63,393 bases of DNA from Candidatus Omnitrophota bacterium. Its GTDB lineage: Bacteria; Omnitrophota; Gorgyraeia; S143-82. The notes below the pieces were generated by a model that was not told the DNA's origin, searched no databases, and saw only the letters and a list, made by a program, of their open reading frames with translations. Within the stretch, counting starts at the first letter, position 1, and each line of letters starts with the position of its first letter. Location: the NCBI GenBank assembly GCA_015494585.1, contig WGAY01000031.1:1-63393 (forward strand), read 5' to 3'. Below are positions 55,841 through 63,393 of this stretch, piece after piece. The translations under genes were made by a program, and so were the position numbers.

Positions 55841-57073
55841 TTACAAAGCCTCTTCTGGATAGGCCTCGATATTATGAATGCTTAAATCGGCACCTATGAT
55901 CTCTTCGTGTTCACTCAAACGAATGCCAAAGACGCCGTTCAAGAAGGCATACACAACAAAACCACTAATCAAAGCAACAACAATAGCCGCAAGACTACCA
56001 ACTACCTGTGCCAGAAGGCTGACACCGCCAAGCCCTCCTAGGGCCTTGCTACCAAAGATACCACAGGCAACACCACCCCAGGTGCCGGCAACACCGTGGA
56101 GAGGCCATACCCCAAGGACATCGTCTATCTTCATCTTCTCGGTCTCTACCTGGAATAATACAACAAAGATCCATGCAGCAATCCCACCGACGATAAGTGC
56201 TCCTACTGGATGAAAGACATCCGAACCAGAGCAAACCGCAATAAGTCCTGCCAAAGCGCCATTATGTATAAATGCAGCATCATTCTTTGAGGCAATCAAG
56301 GCAACAATAATCCCGCCTACCATTGCCATAAGGGAATTAACCGCAACAAGCGCAGATATATTAGTAAGGCTACCAGCACTCATCACATTAAACCCAAACC
56401 AGCCGACACACAAAAGCCAGCTTCCCAGAGCAAGAAACGGGATATTACTAACCTTTATTACCTGCGGCTTGCCATTGACATACCTTTTCAATCTAGGACC
56501 TAAGATCAAAATAGCCGGCAGGGCAAGCCACCCCCCAATAGAATGCACAACCACTGAGCCTGCATAATCATGAAACGGAACCCCTGCTAGTTTTGCAAGC
56601 CAGGATCCATCCTGTCCTAACAAGACATTCTTTCCCCAGACAAGGGATTCAAAAAATGGATAAACAAGGGCAACAAAGATTGCACCTGCAACAGACTGAG
56701 TCCAGAACTTTGCCCTCTCCGCTATCCCTCCAGAGATAATCGCAGGGATACATGCGGCGAAAGTCAAGAGAAAGAAAAAGTGTATAAGATTAAAGCCGTG
56801 GTCACTCCCCAGAAGTTTCTCTGCTGGAGAGAAGAAACTTATTCCATAGGCAATAGGAAAACCAATAAAGAAATACATAACGGTTGAAATCCCCCAGTCA
56901 GTCAGGATCTTCACTAAGGCATTTACCTGGTTTTTCTTTCGCACAGAGCCAACCTCCAAAAACGCAAAACCTGCGTGCATAGAAAAGACCAGTATTGCGC
57001 CCATCAAGAGAAAGAATACATTGCCGCTATCCACCAGCTGTTTTACTGTCTCTGCCAATGCTCCCGTGTTCAC
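55841..57073 (-). CDS. amt: ammonium transporter
   Basis: Amt/MEP family (AGFAFLEVG, HDYAGSVVVHSIGGW, VHGVAGTWGG). GTG start with AAGGAGG upstream. Confidence 0.93.
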   Translation of the reverse strand: MNTGALAETVKQLVDSGNVFFLLMGAILVFSMHAGFAFLEVGSVRKKNQVNALVKILTDWGISTVMYFFIGFPIAYGISFFSPAEKLLGSDHGFNLIHFFFLLTFAACIPAIISGGIAERAKFWTQSVAGAIFVALVYPFFESLVWGKNVLLGQDGSWLAKLAGVPFHDYAGSVVVHSIGGWLALPAILILGPRLKRYVNGKPQVIKVSNIPFLALGSWLLCVGWFGFNVMSAGSLTNISALVAVNSLMAMVGGIIVALIASKNDAAFIHNGALAGLIAVCSGSDVFHPVGALIVGGIAAWIFVVLFQVETEKMKIDDVLGVWPLHGVAGTWGGVACGIFGSKALGGLGGVSLLAQVVGSLAAIVVALISGFVVYAFLNGVFGIRLSEHEEIIGADLSIHNIEAYPEEAL

Positions 57074-57107
57074 ACTACCACCTCCTTTGTTTTAAACCAC
57101 CTCAACT

Positions 57108-57176
57108 GCCACAAAATAAAAGAGGCCCCTTTAAGAGGCACAATATCCCCATACAAAACCTCTTAAAGGAGCCTCG
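57108..57176 (-). terminator. intrinsic-terminator-like hairpin inside the amt leader
   Basis: The minus-strand RNA forms gaggcUccuuuaagagg, a 20-nt loop, then ccucuuaaaggGgccuc. That gives an 11-bp perfect stem plus 5 outer bp, followed by UUUUAUUUU. The hairpin ends ~35 nt before the amt start codon. Confidence 0.55.
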
Positions 57177-57238
57177 TTGCTTCCCAAAATTACGCAGCAC
57201 TACTCCGTGCTACAAGTAGGCCTCATCGCCAGCATATT

Positions 57239-57267
57239 CTTTTAACACAGACCAAAGAACCTGTCAA
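57239..57267 (-). promoter_or_regulatory. candidate sigma-70 promoter upstream of the amt leader
   Basis: The minus strand reads TTGACA-N17-TAAAAG. Confidence 0.3.
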
Positions 57268-57315
57268 GCAAAGAGTTGGGATAAAATTTGTCCTATTTAG
57301 TACAGATAAGGTTTA

Positions 57316-60300
57316 TTAGTTATCTCTTCCATCCATAACTTCTTTCTCAAAAATTCTGGTATAAGAATCAAGCAAAATACCTTCAGCAAAATACAACTCA
57401 AACACGCTTGTATTGTAATCTGCCTTAGCAGAGGCATAGAGGCCTTCTGCCTTTCGCAAAGCCGCCTCTGCATCCAATATATTGTTTATTGTGCCTTTGC
57501 CTTTTTCGTATTTTAGTTTCTCAAGCCTTAATGCCTCCTCTGCCTCTTTTTTAGATGCCATAGCAAGAGAAAGCCTCTCTTTTGCAGAGAAGACATCTGC
57601 TATTGCCTTGCCCACTTCCTTATATATGGAAAGCTCCAGTTTATTCTCCTCTGCCATTGCCTCATCGTAATTGGCCAAGGCAGACAGCACAGCCGCCTTT
57701 TTTCTGCCGCCATCAAAAAAAGAATAGCTCCCCTTTAGGCCAACCCATGTATCGTCTTCCCACCTGTCCCCGTCAGAAAACCTTGCCTTGCTGTCCCTGC
57801 CGCCAAACTCTCCTGCGCCAGCAAACACTTGTAATGTCGGGAAATATGACCTCTTTGCTGAGACAACGGAAAACTTAGCCGCCTTTAATATCTCTTTACT
57901 AACCGCCAGGTCCCTGCGGTTATCCATCGCCTTTTTCACAACCGCATCAAAAGAAATCTTATCTTCATCTATAGATAACAATCCCATCTCTTCGTCCAAC
58001 TTAAGATCGCCTTTATACCCCATTGCCTCTTTTAACATTCCTATCAGGTACTTGCGCCTTGCCTTTGTCTGTGATATCTGGCTCTTTATCTCTGATAGTC
58101 TTACCTTTACCTTCAACAGGTCAAGGTTTGCGATCTTGCCCTGCCTTAAAAACAGCTCCATCCGCCTCTCAAGCTCTTTAATGCTCTCCAGAGATGCACT
58201 GAGCGCATCTAACAATTCATCTATGGCAACTATATTGGCGTACAGGTTCCCGACCATATAGGCGACTGCCTCTTTTCTCCTGTAAAGGCCATCCAAAGAC
58301 GCAAGATATCTTTCTTTTGCCGCCTTATACGAGTAAAAACTCCTGCCAAAGTCTGTAATAAGCATCTCTGCCTGCAGCCTGCCAGCAAATACGTCATCGT
58401 CAAAACGCTGCTTCGTGCCGATCATCCCTGGCACAATCGCATGCGGCTCATCATAGTGCGTATATGAACCTGATATACTAACCTGCGGCAAAAGGCCTGC
58501 CATTGCCCCTACCTTTCCAGCAATGGCCTTCTCTTTCTTTGCCTCAGCCGCCTTTATGTCAGGGCTATGCATCAGGGCATAGTCTATGGCTGATTTTAGA
58601 GAAAATCGCCTGCTGCCTGAACCATCGCCGGCATAAAGATTATTATTGCCAAACATCAGGAAAAATAGTAAAAACACAGCCGCCACTGCCCTTGATTCGC
58701 CCTTGCCAGGAAAGAGTTTCACTTTCAAGTCATCTATTAGCGTATATATAACCGGGATAACGATCATCGTCAAAAACGTTCCCAATATAAGGCCTGCTGC
58801 GGCAACTATTCCCAGCGGGCTGAGCCTCTCAAGGCCAACCGCCATCTCAAATACCAGCGGCGTAAGCCCGATAACAGTGGAAGAGGCAGTCATCAATATC
58901 GGCCGCGTGCGCACGCGCACTGACTGTATTATCGCCTCTTCCCGCGAAAGCCCCCTTGCCCTGGCATTCAATATAAAATCCAGAAGGAGGATAGAGTTAT
59001 TTACTATAGTTCCTGCCAAGAGTATTATCCCCATAAGCGCTGGCATACACATTGGCTTGTCAAATATAAGCAGTCCCCACATAGCGCCAATGGCAGCCAA
59101 TGGTATTGCCACCATAATGACAATCGGGTGGGAAAACGACTTATACATCGGCAAAAGCACCATATACAAAAGGATCAATCCAAACAAAAGCGCCTTTCTC
59201 AAGCGCCTCTTTGAATCCAGCATATCCTCAGGCGTGCCAGACATACGCACACTATATCCCCTTGGCAGGACGCCCCCTGTCTTCTTCAAGCGCATCCCTG
59301 CTGCATGTGCGGCCTGGGCAATAGTATAGACACGATTAAGCGCGGTTATGTCTATTGTGTTCTGCAAGTCCTCGCGGGTAATAAACGGCTGGATGTAATC
59401 CCTCGTAACCTTTGCCATTGCCCGCAGGGGAACAGGCCCATAACGGGTAGGCACATAAACATTATCCAGATATGCAGGGTCATTGATATCTTTATCCCTG
59501 TATTCCACCCTTATTGGTATATCCAGAAAGCCCTCTAAGCGCATGAATGATACTGGGAATCCCTTTGCCGCAAGTTTTATGTATTTTGCAACTGTCTCCT
59601 CGTCCACACCATAGAGCCTGCATAGCCGCGCATCCGGAACCACCTTTAGTTCTGGCTTGTCAATATACCAGCTCCTGCGCACGTCAACCAAGCCCTTTGT
59701 CCCTTTGAGGCGGACAAGCACACTTGAGGCCATCTTATCAAGGACGCGCGTATCCTCGCCACTCAATATCAGGTCAAATGGCGCCTTGGTAGTTGATATA
59801 GGAGTTGCTCCGTAATCCATCACCATAAACGAACGCAGGCCGTCTATCTGCCGCAATTTCCTGCGCCACTCGTCCTCTATCTGCCATATCGTCTTCTTGC
59901 GTTTGTCCCTTGTAACCAGATTAACCGTCATAGACACCGTCTGTGCAGTCGCCCCGCCGCCGCCAAAACTTATCTGCCCCGGTTCAGAACCAACAACCGA
60001 GGACATAGTCAAAAAACCAGGCGTCTTCTTGATTACATCCTCCACCTGATTCAGCACCGACTCTACCTGATGGACATTGTAATTAGAGGGCATATCCAGA
60101 GTAACCTTCACAATACCGGTATCCATTGGCGGCATAAGCTCTCCCACAAGCAAAGGCACAACAATGCGGATAGTAAGAACAAACGTGGCCATAGTAATCA
60201 TAAAGGTTATCTTGCGATAGCGCAGGGCAACCTTTAATACTGATATATAGAAATCCGAGACCTTCTTTATTAGAGCATTCATGTGAGAGACTAGTCTCTC

Positions 60301-61809
60301 TATCGGATCCTGCCTCTGCTCCGAGCGGTTCAATAAATGCGATGCCATCAACGGCACAATCGTAAGCGAGACGATCAATGAGGCGAATATGGTTGAGGCT
60401 ATCATAATGGATAACTGGCGCAGTATCTTCTGGGGATAGCCGCCAACGAACATTACCGGGATCAATACGACGATCGTGGTAAGCGCGCCAGCTGTATTTG
60501 CCAGCGCAACCTCATTTGCGCCTACCATGGCCGCATCCTTTCCCGAAAGCGACTTATCCTCCTGAAAGTGACGGTAGATGTTCTCCAGCACAACGATAGA
60601 GGCATCAACGACCATGCCAACGGCTATAATAAGGCCTGATAGGGTTACCATATTCATTGTATAAGGGCTGAACTTCAAGATCATAAGGCTAAACAGAAAA
60701 GACATTGGTATGCTTATAGAAATAACCGCTGCCGTGCGTTTGTTCGCCAAAAATATAAATATAATCAATACAGTAAGCCATATCGCCTGAATAAGAGAGC
60801 TGCGCATCCCTTTAAGATTGATATCAATAATCGGCTCCTGATCATTGGTAATCTCAAAATTTATATCCGGATACTCCCTTTTAAGCATTGGCAAAAATTT
60901 CTTCACATCCCTTATAGTGCGGCGGGTATGGCCATTTTCAGGCCTCAAGATATTCATAGCTATTGCCGGATGGCCATTGCCGTGATAAAGGCTTCTCATC
61001 TCTGCTATGCCCTGTTTTACCTCAGCGACATCCTTGAGCAAGACATAACCGTCTTTTTTCTTTTTTATAGGCAGGTTCTTAATCTCATCTAAATTCTTAA
61101 ACTCTGAACTTGTGCGGATCAAAAATTCATTCTTCTTCGTATAGAGATAGCCTCCGGGGATAGTAATGTTCCTGCGGCTTATCTGGGCAACCACATCCAT
61201 CAAACTCAGGCCATAGGCCTTTAGTTTATCGCGGTCAACCTCTATCTTGACTTCTGGGATATATCCGCCAAAGACATCCACATCCCCCACCTCTGGCAGG
61301 CGCAATAGTTCGTCTTTTATGTAGTTTTCCGCCAACAGGCGAATGTCCTGCAATGTCTTTTTGCTCCCTTTCTTAGGAGACAGGGCAAGCGTCATTGCTG
61401 CGCGTGTTGCATCGGTTATCTTATAGACCTGTATCGGCATGATGTCCTGAGGAAGTTCAGCGCGTATCCTCCCCAATGCGTTCATTACATCCGTAACCGC
61501 CTCATTGATATCCTTTGAATACAAAAATTCCGCAGTAACCGCTGAGACCTCGTCACGCGACACAGAGCGCACCCTCTTTATCTCAGATATGGTGTTTACT
61601 TCTTTTTCTATTATCTGGGTTATCTTATCCGAGACATCCTTTGCCGATGCACCCGGCTCTATCGTAAGCACCAATACCTGTGGAGGGGCAGTATCAGGGA
61701 ACAGGTCAACTGGGGTGCGGAAAAACGAAATAAGGCCTAATACCGCAACAAGCAAGCCAAAGGTAATAACTATATATGGATTTTTTATGGATATCTCTGT
61801 CAGGTTCAT
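57316..61809 (-). CDS. RND efflux permease (AcrB/CzcA family) fused in frame to a TolC-family outer-membrane factor
   Basis: Single 1497-codon frame. Residues ~1-1035 are a 12-TM RND pump. The linker reads KVKLFPGKGESRAVAAVFLLFFLMFGNNNLYAGDG. Residues ~1060-1497 form two OEP repeats. Confidence 0.85.
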   Translation of the reverse strand: MNLTEISIKNPYIVITFGLLVAVLGLISFFRTPVDLFPDTAPPQVLVLTIEPGASAKDVSDKITQIIEKEVNTISEIKRVRSVSRDEVSAVTAEFLYSKDINEAVTDVMNALGRIRAELPQDIMPIQVYKITDATRAAMTLALSPKKGSKKTLQDIRLLAENYIKDELLRLPEVGDVDVFGGYIPEVKIEVDRDKLKAYGLSLMDVVAQISRRNITIPGGYLYTKKNEFLIRTSSEFKNLDEIKNLPIKKKKDGYVLLKDVAEVKQGIAEMRSLYHGNGHPAIAMNILRPENGHTRRTIRDVKKFLPMLKREYPDINFEITNDQEPIIDINLKGMRSSLIQAIWLTVLIIFIFLANKRTAAVISISIPMSFLFSLMILKFSPYTMNMVTLSGLIIAVGMVVDASIVVLENIYRHFQEDKSLSGKDAAMVGANEVALANTAGALTTIVVLIPVMFVGGYPQKILRQLSIMIASTIFASLIVSLTIVPLMASHLLNRSEQRQDPIERLVSHMNALIKKVSDFYISVLKVALRYRKITFMITMATFVLTIRIVVPLLVGELMPPMDTGIVKVTLDMPSNYNVHQVESVLNQVEDVIKKTPGFLTMSSVVGSEPGQISFGGGGATAQTVSMTVNLVTRDKRKKTIWQIEDEWRRKLRQIDGLRSFMVMDYGATPISTTKAPFDLILSGEDTRVLDKMASSVLVRLKGTKGLVDVRRSWYIDKPELKVVPDARLCRLYGVDEETVAKYIKLAAKGFPVSFMRLEGFLDIPIRVEYRDKDINDPAYLDNVYVPTRYGPVPLRAMAKVTRDYIQPFITREDLQNTIDITALNRVYTIAQAAHAAGMRLKKTGGVLPRGYSVRMSGTPEDMLDSKRRLRKALLFGLILLYMVLLPMYKSFSHPIVIMVAIPLAAIGAMWGLLIFDKPMCMPALMGIILLAGTIVNNSILLLDFILNARARGLSREEAIIQSVRVRTRPILMTASSTVIGLTPLVFEMAVGLERLSPLGIVAAAGLILGTFLTMIVIPVIYTLIDDLKVKLFPGKGESRAVAAVFLLFFLMFGNNNLYAGDGSGSRRFSLKSAIDYALMHSPDIKAAEAKKEKAIAGKVGAMAGLLPQVSISGSYTHYDEPHAIVPGMIGTKQRFDDDVFAGRLQAEMLITDFGRSFYSYKAAKERYLASLDGLYRRKEAVAYMVGNLYANIVAIDELLDALSASLESIKELERRMELFLRQGKIANLDLLKVKVRLSEIKSQISQTKARRKYLIGMLKEAMGYKGDLKLDEEMGLLSIDEDKISFDAVVKKAMDNRRDLAVSKEILKAAKFSVVSAKRSYFPTLQVFAGAGEFGGRDSKARFSDGDRWEDDTWVGLKGSYSFFDGGRKKAAVLSALANYDEAMAEENKLELSIYKEVGKAIADVFSAKERLSLAMASKKEAEEALRLEKLKYEKGKGTINNILDAEAALRKAEGLYASAKADYNTSVFELYFAEGILLDSYTRIFEKEVMDGRDN

Positions 61810-62891
61810 CTCTTATTCCTTATCTTTACTGCCTCTCCATCAGAGAGTCTTGTCCATGAGAGATACTGGTTCTTTACCACCGCAACACCTTCGGGCAAAT
61901 TCCTTACTTCAACAAAACCCTTAGACTTTATCCCGGTAATAACCGGAAAAACCTTCAACCTGCCCTTCTCAACTATGAACACATACGGCCTTTTCCCATC
62001 TTGCCTCACAATAGAAGACTCAGGCACAACAATTACATCCTGTTTTCGGGCAGTTAGCACCTTCAACTTTACGTACTCCCCTGTCTTAAGATCCGGTATT
62101 GGATCCACATAAACCTCAACACGAACCATCCTGCCATTGTCCAGAGAAGGGAAAACATTCGTGATAGTGGCGCTAAACTCCTTCCCATTGACACTAAAAT
62201 AGACCGCCCCTCCCTTTTTTACGATACCCACATCCTCCTGCGGGACATCAAAACACAGCTTTAACCTGCTCCTATCCTCTATCAAAAACAGTGGCCTGCC
62301 GGGCATGGCCATATCCCCCGGGTCAACAAATCGCTTTGAAACAATACCATCATAAGGAGACTTTATCTGCAGGTAGTCCAGCTGGGCACTTAGTTCATCT
62401 ATCCTCTTCTCTGCAGAAGAAAGGGCGGCCTTGCCCTTTGCAAATGCCACCTTTGCGCGGTCAAACTCTTCCTCTGAAATAGCGCCTGCCTTAAACAGCG
62501 CCTCGTCGCGCTCATATTCCTTTTGCCAGTAATCAAAATTCTCCTTGGCAGAGACAAGCCCTGCCTTTGCCGACTCTATCTTTGCATTTATATCCCTGTC
62601 GTCCAACTTCGCTAAAAGGCCCCCCTCTTTAACCTCGTCTCCCTCGTCCACAAAAACATCCTTAACCTCTGCCGCTATACGCGTTGACACGCTCGCCTTA
62701 TTAATAGGCTCCACCACAGCAAGGTAATCCCTAAACACCGACAAATCCCGCCTCTGAGAATAAAACACCGATACCAGCAGTGGCTGTTTGCCAACCACAG
62801 GCGCTGTTGCCAGCTCTATCTTTTTCTTTACAATCAAAATCACAGCCAGAACAATAATTACCAAAAAAATCATCCTTGCCCTTTTTTTCAT
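61806..62891 (-). CDS. RND efflux periplasmic adaptor (membrane fusion protein, HlyD family)
   Basis: N-terminal TM, lipoyl/barrel-sandwich motif (GDEVKEGGLLAKLD), a coiled-coil hairpin, and a beta-barrel. Overlaps the RND start. Confidence 0.85.
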   Translation of the reverse strand: MKKRARMIFLVIIVLAVILIVKKKIELATAPVVGKQPLLVSVFYSQRRDLSVFRDYLAVVEPINKASVSTRIAAEVKDVFVDEGDEVKEGGLLAKLDDRDINAKIESAKAGLVSAKENFDYWQKEYERDEALFKAGAISEEEFDRAKVAFAKGKAALSSAEKRIDELSAQLDYLQIKSPYDGIVSKRFVDPGDMAMPGRPLFLIEDRSRLKLCFDVPQEDVGIVKKGGAVYFSVNGKEFSATITNVFPSLDNGRMVRVEVYVDPIPDLKTGEYVKLKVLTARKQDVIVVPESSIVRQDGKRPYVFIVEKGRLKVFPVITGIKSKGFVEVRNLPEGVAVVKNQYLSWTRLSDGEAVKIRNKR

Positions 62892-63271
62892 AATCCCTCC
62901 TCATAGAGCCTAATAAACCTATTCAGGGCATCCCGCCTCTCTCTTATGCGTTCAATCCAGGAGGAAAGCAATTCTCTGCCCTGCCTGGTTATCCTGTACA
63001 TACGGCGCCTTCTTCCACCGCGTGACTCCCACTTAGACTTAACAAAACCCTCTTTCTCAAGCCTGCGCAGGACCCTATACACTGCCCCAATATCTATATC
63101 TTCCTTATGGAACCCAAGAAACGAAAGCCTGTCTATCAGTTCATAGCCATGGCAATCCTCTTTTGATAAAAACAAAAGGATGCTCGGCTCTATAAACCGC
63201 GAAAGCCTGCGCAGTGAAAAATCACAGGCGCGTTCCTTTGCATTCAGGTTTCTCTCTATCTTTCCATTCAT
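62888..63271 (-). CDS. PadR-family transcriptional regulator
   Basis: ILLFLSKEDCHGYELIDRL...GAVYRVLRRLEKEGFV. The ATG at 63271 is preceded by GGGGGA; the ORF-track start at 63334 is an extension. Confidence 0.85.
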   Translation of the reverse strand: MNGKIERNLNAKERACDFSLRRLSRFIEPSILLFLSKEDCHGYELIDRLSFLGFHKEDIDIGAVYRVLRRLEKEGFVKSKWESRGGRRRRMYRITRQGRELLSSWIERIRERRDALNRFIRLYEEGL

Positions 63272-63292
63272 ATTTCCCCCTTTTTTATCATT

Positions 63293-63338
63293 ATATATGC
63301 TTACAACATATATGTCAATTACATATATTGGCATATAT
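63293..63338. promoter_or_regulatory. palindromic operator-like array upstream of padR
   Basis: ATATATGC-ttaca-ACATATATGT-caatt-ACATATAT-tg-GCATATAT. The central ACATATATGT (63306-63315) is a perfect palindrome, and the outer ATATATGC / GCATATAT pair is inverted. Confidence 0.4.
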
Positions 63339-63393
63339 TTTTAGAAAATCAGAGATAGGACCAAAACACTTGACTTAAAAAGCATATAACCTC

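Noticed and set aside
57074-57315. A glutamine (glnA-type) riboswitch in the amt leader.
   Set aside because: I could not find the conserved glnA-RNA core (an ACGGAAGUAGG-like segment with flanking pairing). Only the terminator hairpin is solid. This needs an Infernal search and cannot be called by eye.
57316-63334. The efflux operon appears more GC-rich than the flagellar region, which could suggest horizontal transfer.
   Set aside because: The impression comes from a few 60-nt lines counted by eye (37% to 53% across regions), and the variation within regions is as large as between them. It needs a proper sliding-window GC and codon-usage calculation.

Overview
This is a 63.4-kb bacterial chromosomal window, and almost all of it is coded on the minus strand. 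The envelope looks Gram-negative (LolC/E, TolC-family domain, OmpA-like MotB). I cannot assign a lineage from sequence alone.

The core (about 7.8-45.2 kb) is one co-directional, mostly translationally coupled flagellar supercluster. In transcription order it reads: merR-like, giant TPR protein, flgN-like, flgS/flgR-like sigma-54 two-component pair, flgB, flgC, fliE, fliF, fliG, fliH, fliI, fliJ, ylxF/MotE-like, LysM protein, fliK, flgD, TIGR02530-type protein, flgE, flbD, motA, motB, motB-like paralog, fliL, fliM, fliN, fliQ, fliR, flhB, flhA, flhF, flhG, PilZ/YcgR-like, fliA. A seven-gene signalling tail follows: two small ORFs, HD-GYP-like, secreted coiled-coil protein, HDOD, PAS pseudo-kinase, and CHASE2-like/PP2C-like. 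A flgM-like gene on the plus strand has a textbook sigma-28 promoter.

Flanking genes:
- hcp (partial) with a divergent MarR-type regulator
- ispF, trpC, purH, lolC/E, lysS
- uvrA, a U32 peptidase and an ICMT-family methyltransferase
- an MCP, then neuC-like and PIG-L genes
- a GATase, glnK-amt, and a padR-MFP-RND efflux operon

Most notable observations:
1. The RND pump is fused in frame to a complete TolC-family outer-membrane factor through a signal-peptide-like linker.
2. A previously unnamed structured repeat family fills the only three large gaps in the flagellar array. It has inverted arrays of a CTAAAAA-like 7-mer around a conserved core. A fourth, longer copy with terminal inverted repeats lies elsewhere.
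3. The cluster lacks fliO and fliP between fliN and fliQ. FliM lacks the CheY-P docking peptide. An extra MotB paralog lacks the proton-relay Asp.
4. The fliA-linked operon encodes signalling proteins that all look catalytically degenerate.
5. The FlgR-like activator has no DNA-binding domain.
6. A terminator hairpin sits inside the amt leader.

No rRNA, tRNA or CRISPR array was seen. All homology calls come from motif recognition by eye; no searches were run.
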